The notes: generated by a model not told the origin, from the sequence alone. 40,000 nt of DNA from an uncultured Actinomycetes bacterium (GCA_963760655.1 CAVXDR010000001.1:213007-253006), one strand, 5' to 3'. Counted from the stretch's first letter, positions 17,660 to 26,708 are shown. Made by a program: numbers and translations.

Positions 17660-17961
17660 GCGCGACGCTCGATCGCGCCTCGTCGCCGGAGACCTGGCAC
17701 TTGAGGCTCTACATCGCCGGCCAGACGCCGCGCTCGATCGCCGCGCTTGCGAACCTCAACAGGATCTGCCAGGAGAACCTGGCCGGCAAGTACACCTGCC
17801 AGGTCATCGACCTGCTCGAGAACCCGCAACTGGCCAAGGGCGACCAGATCCTCGCGGTGCCCACGCTGGTCAAGGACGTGCCGCCTCCGCTGCGCAAGAT
17901 CATCGGCGACCTCTCCGACACCGAACGCGTGCTGGTCGGGCTCGACCTGCGGCCGGTCTGA
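17656..17961 (+). CDS. kaiB: KaiB (thioredoxin-like clock protein), copy 1
   Basis: LRLYIAGQTPRSIAALANLNRICQENLAGKYTCQVIDLLENPQLAKGDQILAVPTLVK...IIGDLSDTERVLVGLDL. The GTG start overlaps the kaiC stop (GTGA). Confidence 0.9.
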   Translation: MSATLDRASSPETWHLRLYIAGQTPRSIAALANLNRICQENLAGKYTCQVIDLLENPQLAKGDQILAVPTLVKDVPPPLRKIIGDLSDTERVLVGLDLRPV

Positions 17962-18314
17962 TGGCCAAGCGGGCTGCGCTTGGCGGGGAGAGGTCGCTCG
18001 AAGAGCGCCTGGCCGATGCCGCGGCCGCGCCGGGCGAGGGGCGCTACGTGCTGCGCCTCTACGTGACCGGCCAGACGCCGCGCTCGCTGCGCGCCATCCA
18101 GAACATCAGGCGCATCTGCGAGGAGCACCTGAGCGGCCGCTACGACCTCGAGGTGATCGACATCTACCAGCGACCGAGCCTCGCCAAGGGAGAGAAGATC
18201 ATCGCGGCGCCCACCCTGGTCAAGAGTCTGCCGGCGCCCATCCGGCGCTTCGTCGGCGACCTCTCCGACACCGAGAAGGTCCTTTTCGGGCTCGACCTCG
18301 TTCCCAGGGAGTAG
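17961..18314 (+). CDS. kaiB: KaiB, copy 2 (with N-terminal extension of about 25 aa)
   Basis: LRLYVTGQTPRSLRAIQNIRRICEEHLSGRYDLEVIDIYQRPSLAKGEKIIAAPTLVK...FVGDLSDTEKVLFGLDL. The ATG overlaps the stop of copy 1 (TGATG). Confidence 0.9.
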   Translation: MAKRAALGGERSLEERLADAAAAPGEGRYVLRLYVTGQTPRSLRAIQNIRRICEEHLSGRYDLEVIDIYQRPSLAKGEKIIAAPTLVKSLPAPIRRFVGDLSDTEKVLFGLDLVPRE

Positions 18315-18340
18315 GTCGGGAGCACCCCCAGGCGCACACG

Positions 18341-20506
18341 ATGGCGATGCGGATGGAAAGTCAGCAGGAACTGCTCCGCGAGATCGAGGAGCTGACCCGC
18401 AGGCTGCAGGAGGCCGAGGACACCCTCGAGGCGATCCGCAGCGGCGCCGTCGACGCGCTCGTGGTCACAAGCCCGCAGGGCGGCGAGCAGCTCTTCACCT
18501 TAGACGGCGCCGACCGCGTCTACCGCGTCTTTCTCGAGTCGGTCAGCCAGGGGGCGCTCACGCTCGACCGCGACGGCACGATCCTCTATGCGAACGCCGC
18601 CGCGGCGCGGCTCCTGCCTGTCGGCGCGGGCCTCATCGGCACGAGCCTGCGAACCTGCGTGCGCCGCGACGAGCGTGACTTCTTCGACGCCGTCTTCGAT
18701 GCCGGCAGGCGCGGCGAGACGAGCGCCGAGATCCGCCTGCGGGGCAGGACCGGGGGCCGGCCCGTCTATCTGTCGCTGCGTCTCGTGGAGGATCGCGGCG
18801 ACCAGATGATCGTGGCCGTGCTCACCGACCTCACCGACAGAAAGAAGACCGAGGAGGTGCTCAGGGCGGAGCGGCTCGCCCGCTCCATTCTCGAGCAGAC
18901 CGGCGAGGCGATCCTGGTCTGCGACCGTGACGGCACGATCGTGCGCGCCAGCCGGGCGGTCGCCAAGCTCGCCGGCCAGAACCCGGTCTTGCGGGCCTTC
19001 GCCGACGTCCTGCCTCTGCAGAGCGACGGTCGCCGGCGCTTCTCGCTTACCCGGCGGGCGAACGCCCCGCGGACGCGCGGCCTCGAGGTCCACTTCGAGC
19101 GCTCCGACGGAGCCTCGTTCGACCTGATCCTGAACGCAGACCCGCTGCGCGGCGAGGACCGTGCCCCGCTCGGCACGATCGTCACCTTGACCGACGTCAC
19201 TCGCCTCAAACAGGCCGAGCAGGCCAGGGAGGAGCTGTTGCGCGCGGTCGAGCAGGCCAACAGGGAGCTTGCCGCGATCGAGTCGCTCTCGGTCGCCGGC
19301 CTGGGGCTGGCCAACCTCGATCAGCTCGTGCACTCGATCGTCAGCCAGACGGCGCTGGCGATGGGCGCCGACCGAGCGACGCTCCTGCTGGCCAGGGGCT
19401 CCCGCCTCGAGTCGGTGGCGCGCGTGCCGCCGCTGGAGGCGAACGACCACTTCTCCCTGCCGATCGGCAGCGGCTTTGCCGGCACCATCGCCAAGCTGCG
19501 CCGCAGCCTCTTCGTGGCCGACGTGAGAGCGAGCCAGCTCGTCAAGCGCGAGACCCTCAGGCGTCAGACGGGCTCGTTGCTCGGGGCTCCCATGATCGAC
19601 CGCGACGAATGTCTCGGGGTGCTGCACGTCGGTTGGAAGGCGCGGCACGAGGCCGACGTTCGTCAGCAGCGCTTTCTCGAGATCATCGCGCAGCGCGCCG
19701 CGGCGCTCATCGCGGCCCGCATGATGACCGAGGAGCTCGACGAGCAGCGACTGGCCGCCGAGTCGGCCGCCCGCGAGAACGCGCGGCTTTTCGAGGAGCA
19801 GCAGCGCATCGCGATCGTGCTGCAGAGCAACCTGATCCACCCGATGCCGGCGGTCGCCGGCCTCGACCTGGGCGTGGTTTCGGACGCCGCCAACAAGCCC
19901 GAGCTCGTGGGCGGCGACCTGAGCGACGTCTTCGTCGTCGACGACAGCCATGTCATGGTGCTCATCGCCGACGTCGCCGGCAAGGGCATCCACGCCGCCG
20001 GCCTGACCGAGACGGTGCGCAGCACGGTGCGGGCCCTGGCCGCGATCGACCCGGCCCCGGCGTTCGTGCTGGGCAAGACGAGCGAGCTGCTGCTGCGCTT
20101 CGACCCCGACGAACCCCACGTGACGGCCTTTCTCGCGGCGATCGACCCGCGCACGGGCCACGTGGGCTACGCCAGCGCCGGCCATCCCGCGCCGCTCCAC
20201 CTGAGCGCGACCACGTGTCACCCGCTGCGCGTGCGCTTTGGTCCGCCGCTCGGTTCCTTCGTGCGGCCCTACGCGAGCAGTCACATTATGCTTTCGCTCG
20301 ACGATTACCTGGTCTTCTACACCGACGGCGTCACCGAGGCCCGCCGTGACGGCGAGTTGCTCGGCGAGCAGCGCCTGGTAGAGATCGTCTCGAGTCTGCG
20401 GGGCCGCTCCGCCCAGCAGGTCGCCGAGGCGGTGCGCACCGCCGCCCTCGAGTTTGCCGGACGGCTGCAGGACGACCTCGAGGTGGTGGCGTTGCGGCTG
20501 GCGTAG
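18341..20506 (+). CDS. Coiled-coil/PAS-PAS-GAF-PP2C (SpoIIE/RsbU-type) serine phosphatase
   Basis: ATG 18341 lies 27 nt after kaiB2. PAS cores: GALTLDRDGTILYANAAAARLL and EAILVCDRDGTIVRASRAVAKLAG. GAF: ALAMGADRATLLLARG...LGVLHVGW. PP2C motifs: GGDLSDVFVVDD, VLIADVAGKGIHAA, YASAGHPAP, LVFYTDGVTEA. The upstream part of listed ORF 17747- is off-frame through kaiB. Confidence 0.85.
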   Translation: MAMRMESQQELLREIEELTRRLQEAEDTLEAIRSGAVDALVVTSPQGGEQLFTLDGADRVYRVFLESVSQGALTLDRDGTILYANAAAARLLPVGAGLIGTSLRTCVRRDERDFFDAVFDAGRRGETSAEIRLRGRTGGRPVYLSLRLVEDRGDQMIVAVLTDLTDRKKTEEVLRAERLARSILEQTGEAILVCDRDGTIVRASRAVAKLAGQNPVLRAFADVLPLQSDGRRRFSLTRRANAPRTRGLEVHFERSDGASFDLILNADPLRGEDRAPLGTIVTLTDVTRLKQAEQAREELLRAVEQANRELAAIESLSVAGLGLANLDQLVHSIVSQTALAMGADRATLLLARGSRLESVARVPPLEANDHFSLPIGSGFAGTIAKLRRSLFVADVRASQLVKRETLRRQTGSLLGAPMIDRDECLGVLHVGWKARHEADVRQQRFLEIIAQRAAALIAARMMTEELDEQRLAAESAARENARLFEEQQRIAIVLQSNLIHPMPAVAGLDLGVVSDAANKPELVGGDLSDVFVVDDSHVMVLIADVAGKGIHAAGLTETVRSTVRALAAIDPAPAFVLGKTSELLLRFDPDEPHVTAFLAAIDPRTGHVGYASAGHPAPLHLSATTCHPLRVRFGPPLGSFVRPYASSHIMLSLDDYLVFYTDGVTEARRDGELLGEQRLVEIVSSLRGRSAQQVAEAVRTAALEFAGRLQDDLEVVALRLA

Positions 20507-20567
20507 GGCGGGGCGGGCTGCGCGGCGACCGGATGGCTGGGCTGCCGCACGCCGGGCGTGAGCCCCG

Positions 20568-21185
20568 CTATCTGGTGGGGAAGCCGCGGACGAACCGACC
20601 GCTGCCGGCGTCGACGATGATCACCGAGTGCCGGACCAGCCGAGAAGAATCGGGACTCGGTGTCGGTGCACCCGGCGGACCGCCGAAACTCGGGTCGAAC
20701 GGCTTCGGAAACGTGAACACGAACACCCAGCACAGGAGGTCCCTGATCACCCTCCCCCGGTAGTAGTCGTTGGGCATGGTCACGTTGGCCAGGACGGTGC
20801 CGGTGAGGCGGGGGTGCGCGGTGGCGTGAGGGTCGTTTCGGGCCAGCGCCCGCGATGCAGAAACGCTCGCGCGAGACGTGGGCTTCGACAGAGTCGCCTC
20901 GACGGCCGCCGACGAACCCGCGCGGATCGTTGCGGGGAGCGTGAGGTCGACGGGTGGAGCGGCCGTTGGTCGAGAGGCAACGGGACTCGGCGAGACTTTG
21001 GCGCCGCTCGACCCGCTCGCGCAACTGCCGACAGAGGCGGCGAGGGCGCAGGCCGTCACCAGCAGTGCGATCACGGCGGCTCCGCTTCTCACTCTCACGC
21101 TTGGCCCCCCTGTCGATCGAGGGCTCGTCTTGCCCAGGCGATCCGGCATACTCCTCTCATGCCCGTCGGTGCGTCGGCGGGACAT
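20568..21185 (-). CDS. Putative lipoprotein/secreted protein, unknown function
   Basis: A signal/lipobox-like AAVIALLVTACALAAS is followed by a Ser/Pro/Ala linker and a short globular tail (MPNDYYRGRVIRDLLCWVFVFTFPKPFDPSFGG). The start codon is uncertain, and competing plus-strand ORFs look like junk. Confidence 0.45.
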   Translation of the reverse strand: MSRRRTDGHERSMPDRLGKTSPRSTGGPSVRVRSGAAVIALLVTACALAASVGSCASGSSGAKVSPSPVASRPTAAPPVDLTLPATIRAGSSAAVEATLSKPTSRASVSASRALARNDPHATAHPRLTGTVLANVTMPNDYYRGRVIRDLLCWVFVFTFPKPFDPSFGGPPGAPTPSPDSSRLVRHSVIIVDAGSGRFVRGFPTR

Positions 21186-21363
21186 GCGCGTGACAGCTTC
21201 ACCCCGGCGGGTGAGGCGCTTTGTTTGCCGCGATCGGCCGCCTGCTCGCAGGTCGCGTCCCTGACGGATTGGCGTTCCATCGCCATGATGGTGGTACTAT
21301 CACGTTCAGCAATCGCACCCGAAGTGTCGCCGGGGAGGTCAGCCCATAGAACCCCGTGGGAGC

Positions 21364-22143
21364 ATGGAAGGGCCGCACGTAGCTCACTTTCGCGTCCAGC
21401 ATGGCGGCGATCGTGTCGGGCTCGAATGGGACGTGCGGAACGCCGATGCTGTCCGCTGCCGTGTGCTGCGCTCGACCGAGGGCTTTGCCGACGACCCCGA
21501 GGCCCCGGGAGCAAACGGCCAGGTGCTCCTGAGCGAAAGCCAGGCGAACCACCTTGACGACGAGGGCCTGGACAAGCATGGGCGCTACTTCTACACGGTC
21601 TTCGCACAGATGGCCGACGGCGGCTGGCAGCGGCAGGTGAAGGCCAAGGTGCGGCCTCGAAAGCACGGACACCTGCCTCACCTCATCGATCGCTGGCCCG
21701 ACGACCCGACGGCCTTCCGCCCGTCGGTGAGGTGGGCGGGCATCGTGGTCGTGGCCATGATGTGCGCCATCCTTGGCCTCATCGGCACCTCCATGTGGAT
21801 GGCCGCCCACCACAACCGGGTCGTTGCAGAGTTCTCGCAGGAATGGGTCTTTGCGGGCCATGGCCCCAAGACGAGCTTCTCGATATCGCCTCAGACCCGG
21901 ACCTACGTGTACAGCCCCGAGGACACGGTCACACGCGAGACCGGCGACCTGCTCATCGAGGGCTGGGTCGACGGCCGGCCGGTCGACGGTCGGATCGCGG
22001 TGCCCCGCTTTCCGCCGTGGGGTTCCACCTTGAGTGTGACGCTGCTGGGAAAGAGCTGGACGTTGCGCTGCGAGGATGCCGGACGCAGGTTGCAGCTCGT
22101 GGGCGGTTCCGGTCAGGTCATGGTCCTGACCTGGAGCCAGTGA
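21364..22143 (+). CDS. Single-pass membrane protein, unknown function (N-terminal beta-sandwich-like region)
   Basis: Amino-acid composition is natural with good GC3 bias. It has a central TM helix WAGIVVVAMMCAILGLIGTSMWMAA. The overlapping 360-aa minus-strand ORF has an antisense-like composition. Confidence 0.6.
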   Translation: MEGPHVAHFRVQHGGDRVGLEWDVRNADAVRCRVLRSTEGFADDPEAPGANGQVLLSESQANHLDDEGLDKHGRYFYTVFAQMADGGWQRQVKAKVRPRKHGHLPHLIDRWPDDPTAFRPSVRWAGIVVVAMMCAILGLIGTSMWMAAHHNRVVAEFSQEWVFAGHGPKTSFSISPQTRTYVYSPEDTVTRETGDLLIEGWVDGRPVDGRIAVPRFPPWGSTLSVTLLGKSWTLRCEDAGRRLQLVGGSGQVMVLTWSQ

Positions 22144-22372
22144 CTGCCAGCTTGCTCGACTCCTGACGCCCGAGGAGCTCGCGGAGGCCGACCAGGTGGG
22201 GGCCGCCTGAGACCGATACGCTACGATGCCCTCAGGCGAAGACACGCGCCCTTCCTGGTACCGGGGAGGGGGGCATCCCACAAGCCGGATGCCATTCTAG
22301 CGACGCCCCCTTGGCTCAAGACCACCCATTATGGGGCTGTTATCGACCGCAGGGTAGCACGAAGCAAGCGGA

Positions 22373-23002
22373 TCAAGTTCCATCACCAGTTCGGGAACTT
22401 GTCGTGATAGCAGGCTCATCATTCAGGAGCGCGAGGATGCCCTGATCAGTCTCGAGGACGTCTCTTTTGCCGTCGACGTAAATCCATCGCCCAGCAGAGT
22501 CCTTCCGGTGGTGCCGATTGACCAGCCCTTCCTTGTGCACGATGCGGGCTGGCTGGGCGACGACCACCGAGTCGCTCGGCACATCGGTGGTCACGACGCA
22601 GTTGGCTCCGACACGGACCCGGTCGCCGATCCGGATACCGCCGATCAGGGCCGCACCGGCACCGACGAAGCAGTTGTCGCCCACCCGGGGCGCGCCCCTG
22701 CCCTTCGAGTCCGGCAGCACATTCGAGCCAATCGTCACGTGCTGGAAGATGACGGCACCCGCACCGATCTCGGCTTCACCCGAGATGAATACGCCGTAAG
22801 GTCCGTGGGGGAACGTGGGGGTGTCGCCGAAGACGGTGCGGTGGCCGACCATCGCCCCGAAGCACGCCCAGTAGGCGTAGTTGAGATCGGTGAACAGGCT
22901 ACGCAGGCGCGGGTCGTCGGCCTCCAGTGACAGGCGCCGGACGTTCCAAATGCCGCCCAGGGAACGGACCAGCACTCTCGCCGCCGAACCAGGCAGTCTC
23001 AC
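22373..23002 (-). CDS. Left-handed beta-helix (hexapeptide repeat) O-acetyltransferase, serine acetyltransferase/WcaB-like
   Basis: FISGEAEIGAGAVIFQHVTIGSN...GAPRVGDNCFVGAGAALIGGIRIGDRVRVGANCVVTTDVPSDSVVVAQPARIV is the classic hexapeptide pattern. The region has visibly lower G+C. Confidence 0.75.
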   Translation of the reverse strand: MRLPGSAARVLVRSLGGIWNVRRLSLEADDPRLRSLFTDLNYAYWACFGAMVGHRTVFGDTPTFPHGPYGVFISGEAEIGAGAVIFQHVTIGSNVLPDSKGRGAPRVGDNCFVGAGAALIGGIRIGDRVRVGANCVVTTDVPSDSVVVAQPARIVHKEGLVNRHHRKDSAGRWIYVDGKRDVLETDQGILALLNDEPAITTSSRTGDGT

Positions 23003-23276
23003 TGCGGCTCCTTCCTGTCGACTAGAGAGAACAGACGGATCGCAGACGGCACCCAGGCGACTCCAAGTATTCAGCCTAAGCCATCGCGGCTGTTGCGGAA
23101 ATGGGGAGTGGAGTCAACCTGGAGACGACGCGGCCTACGCGGACGTTCGGGGAGCGCCTAGGCAGGCGGCGCGCGGGGGCGTCGGCCACAGTATGTCGGC
23201 ACGGCGGACGTTCGGCGTGAAGCGGAGCTCGGTCAAGTCCCGAGTGGTGGTGTAGTCCGTCGTCGGACTGGTCTTC

Positions 23277-23840
23277 TCAGGCCGCCGGCAGCGCGTTCAC
23301 CTCGACGGCCGTCTTGGCATCCGCCCCTGCGAGCGCCGCCTCGAGCGACTCGATCGACAGATAGCGCCGGCCCACGAGCCACTCGTCGTTTATTGCTCGA
23401 TGATCAGGCTCCCGGCCAGGCGGATCAGGGCGGCGTCGTCGGGGTAGATCCGACCACGTCGGATCGGCGTCCGATCTCGCGATCGACGCGCTCGAGTGGG
23501 TTCGTCGAGCGCAGCTTTGACCAGTGCTCGGCCGGGAAGGCCATGAAGGCCAGCAGGTCGTCCTCTGGACTCGTCGCGAAGCACGGCGACACGCCCGTGC
23601 AACGCGGCGCAGTGGATGCCGACATTGACCCAGATGCCGACTGGCCCCTTCCGGTCTGGCACCGCCGTGCCAAATGCGATCCAGTCGGTAGCTGGTCCGC
23701 CCTGCTCGCGCAGAAGAAAGCCACGTCGAAGCGCGAAGCCATCTTGCGTAAGGTCGTGAGCGATGCCACGAACGGCGAGCGCCCTGATCTGCTTGGGGCT
23801 GAGCACGCACTGGAGCGCGGGGTCGCCAGAATGTCGCATA
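23277..23840 (-). pseudogene. IS256 (Mutator) family transposase, C-terminal remnant with frameshifts
   Basis: The conserved C-terminal motifs are spread over three minus-strand frames. These are LLAFMAFPAEHWSKLRSTNPLERVDREIGRRSDVVG, then IYPDDAALIRLAGSLIIEQ, then NDEWLVGRRYLSIESL. No intact N-terminal or DDE part was seen. Confidence 0.65.
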
Positions 23841-24146
23841 TGAGCGCCTCCCTCGGCTGCTATCGGTTCCCGTCAGCCGAGCCGCCGACCCCGCCCACAG
23901 CCGCCACCGACGCAACCACACCGGGGAGCTGACCGGCGACCCTCCACACCCGTCACCCTGACGACGTCCCCCGGCAGGTAGGCGAGCCGACGCGAAGCGT
24001 GGCGAGCCGAACCCGCTAGCTCGGCACCCCCTCAGCCGGCAGCCGCGCGCCGGTCGACGATCGGGCCGGCGAGCCGTCCCCAGTCAGCCTGACCAACGAG
24101 CACTAGCCGAAGCGGCGAGCCGCTCGAAGGGCGGCGCATCACGGCG

Positions 24147-24806
24147 TCAGGTTGATGTGCTTGCTGGGTGGACGTCTGCTTCTGCCGCCGAAGCGGGTTC
24201 GGCGGTGTGCGCACGACGAGACCTAGCGGAGCCTACCGCTGCCAAGGAGCAAACCCCGAGGGCGGCTCCTGGCCCTAGCGGCCAATCTGCCCGGAGGCCG
24301 ACCTCGAGCCTGTGCGGAATGCTGACCAGATCATGCCGCCCCCAGCCGAGCATGACGCCGAAGGCGCACACCGCAACGACCACAAGGATGAGCAGACGGC
24401 GAGCGCCGTGCCGGTGCTGGGCGAGGCGAACGACCGGCCAGACAAGGCTGCAGACAAGCCAGACGCCGATCACGGGCATGAGCAACCCCGCTGTCGCGAG
24501 GACGTCAGCCAATCGGAGCACCAAGAAGCCGCCCAAGACCATGCCAAGGAGCGCAGCGAACGGCATGAGCACATACACCACGCGTGCGGGCAGAGCGAGC
24601 CCGAGGGCGCGCACGAGCAGCACATAGCCGGGGACAAGCCACAGCGCGGCAAGCAAGCCGACAAGGCCGGGCGGCATGTCTCGTGTCCAGATTAGCCGCC
24701 AGACCGGCCATGCCCAGGCGCTGAGCAGTACGAGCGAGACGCTAAAGCGAACGGAGGCATCGAAGCTCTTAGCGACCTTCTGGTTCAGGCTGCCCTCCTG
24801 CGCCAT
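24147..24806 (-). CDS. Polytopic membrane protein (5-6 TM), unknown function
   Basis: There are successive hydrophobic helices (FSVSLVLLSAWAWPVW, LVGLLAALWLVPGYVLLV, VVYVLMPFAALLGMVLGGFLVL, LLMPVIGVWLVCSLVWPVV, LLILVVVAVCAFGVMLGW). No family was recognised. Confidence 0.55.
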   Translation of the reverse strand: MAQEGSLNQKVAKSFDASVRFSVSLVLLSAWAWPVWRLIWTRDMPPGLVGLLAALWLVPGYVLLVRALGLALPARVVYVLMPFAALLGMVLGGFLVLRLADVLATAGLLMPVIGVWLVCSLVWPVVRLAQHRHGARRLLILVVVAVCAFGVMLGWGRHDLVSIPHRLEVGLRADWPLGPGAALGVCSLAAVGSARSRRAHTAEPASAAEADVHPASTST

Positions 24807-25098
24807 TCCGAGTAAGACGCTACCACCAAACGGCGAGACCCGCGAGGGGCGAGCCGCGCAGTGGCGGTGAGGCGGTGCCGGTAGCCGTCACCCCCAACGA
24901 TGGCCTCAGCCGGCGGGCGGGTCCCTGAGCGCGTCGCCCGGCCAACGGCCGCCTGGCGAGCCGCGTCCGCAGTCCTGCACCCGCCGCCTGCCGGTCTGTC
25001 GACGACCGGCGGCAGATGGGCGGGCCGCGCCAAGCGCGGCAAGCTGGGCTTCGGGATGTGTGCAGGTTTGTGCCGCTTCGGGTGCCTCCGTCTACGTA

Positions 25099-25130
25099 CC
25101 CCCCCACCGGTTGACGGGATAGGAGATAGG
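25099..25130. repeat. Left junction of putative transposon: direct repeat CCC-CCCCACCGGTTGAC followed by 15-bp terminal inverted repeat GGGATAGGAGATAGG
   Basis: 25102-25115 is identical and in direct orientation to 35845-35858. 25116-25130 is the exact reverse complement of 35830-35844. Confidence 0.6.
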
Positions 25131-25361
25131 CGAGAGAAAAGTGAGCTATTGCGTTGCATCGACCGACAACGGGGGCCGCCTCGCCACCGCTTCGCCTTCG
25201 GTCCGGGGTGAGGGCTCACGGGCGACGTGTCCGGGCTGGCTCCGCGCTGCGCGGCGGCTCGCCTACCTGCCGGGGTCGTCGTCGGGGTGACGGGTGAAGA
25301 GGTCGCCCTGGGTTTCCGGTGTGGTCGCCCCGGTGGCGGGGGGGAGCTTGCGTGCCCCGCT

Positions 25362-26423
25362 TCAGTCGCTCGGAATGTTCTTGGCCGCGACTCCACAGAA
25401 AGAGGGGTGAGGAGCCGTCGACTTAGCCAACGTCCAACTCGTGCCACCATCGGTCGTGGCCAAGAGCGCCATGCCGTCCGTGACGACCCAGCCGTGCTGT
25501 TTGTCGGCGAATGAGACCGCGCTCGGATCCCAACCAACAGGCAAGCGGCTGAGCGTCCACGTCTTGCCGCCGTCGGTCGTGCGATAGAGAAGGCCGCCGT
25601 TGCCCACGACCCAGCCGTCGCTCGCATTCACAAACGAGACGCTGTTGAGGCCGTCGTGTGTCCCGGACAACTGCGTGTGCCAGTGCCTGCCGCCGTCGCT
25701 TGTGGCGAGGATGAAACCCGGCTCACCACCGACAATCCAGCCGTGTCGTGCGTCGGTGAATGTCACGTCCGTCGGCAACAGGTCCTTCAAGTCGCGTTGG
25801 ACGCGCCAGTGGGCACCGCCATCGCTTGTCACCAGAATGTCGCCACTCCAGCCCACGGCCCAACCGTGTCGTGCATCGGGAAAGGCGACACCTGTAAGGT
25901 TCTCGAGGCTGCCTTCGTACTGGGTGCGCCACCTCTTGCCGCCGTCGCTGGTGGCGAGGATGATGCCCGGAATCTGCTGGCCCACATTGTCGAAGCCGAC
26001 GACCCAGGCGTGCTCGGCGTCAACTGCCGCCACGGCTACGAGGTTCTCAGCAGATGAGCTGCGCTGCGTGGTCCAAGTCACGCCGCCGTTTGTCGTGGCG
26101 AGGATCGTGCCGCCCTTGCCGACGGCCCAGCCGTGGCGGGCGTCCGCGAAGGCGACGCCGCGCAGAAGCTGGTAGGCGAGGTTTCCGCTTGCGTCCTTGT
26201 GAGCGGTGCGCCAGGTCGCGCCGCCGTTTGTGCTCGTCACAACGAGGCGCGGCATGCCGACGACCCAAACATCGGCACCGGGTCGCACGGAAAGCGGCTG
26301 ACTGGGCGTCGTCATGAGCTTCTCGAACCACGAGGCCATTTGGGGGTGCGATCCGCACGAAGAGGCGCATGCCACGACGACGAGCAAACCGGCGAGTGCC
26401 GTGAGTCGCAGGATGCGCTTCAT
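25362..26423 (-). CDS. Ycf48/Hcf136-like BNR-repeat beta-propeller lipoprotein
   Basis: Signal and lipobox: MKRILRLTALAGLLVVVACASSCG. It carries repeated blades (T/S)xDGGxxW (STNGGATW, TTNGGVTW, TSDGGKRW, TSDGGAHW, TSDGGRHW, TTDGGKTW, TTDGGTSW) interleaved with ARHGWAVG-type strands. Start is preferred at ATG 26423 (SD-like GGTGGG). Confidence 0.8.
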   Translation of the reverse strand: MKRILRLTALAGLLVVVACASSCGSHPQMASWFEKLMTTPSQPLSVRPGADVWVVGMPRLVVTSTNGGATWRTAHKDASGNLAYQLLRGVAFADARHGWAVGKGGTILATTNGGVTWTTQRSSSAENLVAVAAVDAEHAWVVGFDNVGQQIPGIILATSDGGKRWRTQYEGSLENLTGVAFPDARHGWAVGWSGDILVTSDGGAHWRVQRDLKDLLPTDVTFTDARHGWIVGGEPGFILATSDGGRHWHTQLSGTHDGLNSVSFVNASDGWVVGNGGLLYRTTDGGKTWTLSRLPVGWDPSAVSFADKQHGWVVTDGMALLATTDGGTSWTLAKSTAPHPSFCGVAAKNIPSD

Positions 26424-26605
26424 GTCCCACCATATCGGCATTCGTGGTAATCAGCTCAACCAGGGTGCTCGTACCATCATGCTCCCGGCCCGTGGCGAGC
26501 AGGTCCGCCGGGCTCCCCCCGGTGTGGTCGCTCCCGGTGTCGGCGGTGGGCAGGGGGTCGGCGGGTCGACTGGCGCGGGACGTACGAGGACTGGAGTTGG
26601 AGTTC

Positions 26606-26708
26606 CACTGGCGCATTTTCGGCCAGCGCCGCTCGCCAATTACCGACTCGCCGCGCTCGGCCGTCAACCCCGCGAACGCGATACTCAATTACCTCTACGC
26701 ATTACTTG
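26606..26708 (+). pseudogene. Isolated 103-bp fragment of a second, diverged Cas1-family gene
   Basis: It encodes HWRIFGQRRSPITDSPRSAVNPANAILNYLYALL, colinear with aa 32-65 of the Cas1-like ORF at 28029. By manual alignment there are about 15 mismatches in 103 nt. It ends exactly at the IS3 terminus. Confidence 0.6.

Noticed and set aside
18500-20284. 594-aa minus-strand ORF antisense to the PAS/GAF/PP2C gene
   Set aside because: For the same reason: the plus strand carries PAS, GAF and PP2C motifs.
21199-22281. 360-aa minus-strand ORF overlapping 21364-22143
   Set aside because: It is His/Arg/Gly/Pro-rich with no structure. The plus-strand ORF has a clean TM helix, balanced composition and GC3 bias.
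24990-25115. tRNA or tmRNA gene as the integration target at the element junctions (also checked at 35845-36150)
   Set aside because: No cloverleaf-compatible sequence or GTTCGAATC-type T-loop motif was seen by eye at either junction. A tRNA scan is still needed to be sure.
24785-25627. 280-aa minus-strand ORF and small plus-strand ORFs across 24.8-25.6 kb
   Set aside because: They have an Arg/Pro/Ala-rich junk composition. The region is better explained as intergenic DNA containing the left transposon junction and the 3' end of the BNR gene.
26444-26605. N-terminal part of listed ORF 26444-26737 as a genuine Cas1 N-terminus
   Set aside because: Only residues from HWRIFGQ onward (26606-) resemble Cas1. 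The upstream 54 aa are Ser/Arg/Pro-rich and unrelated to the sequence preceding the same motif in the 28029 copy.
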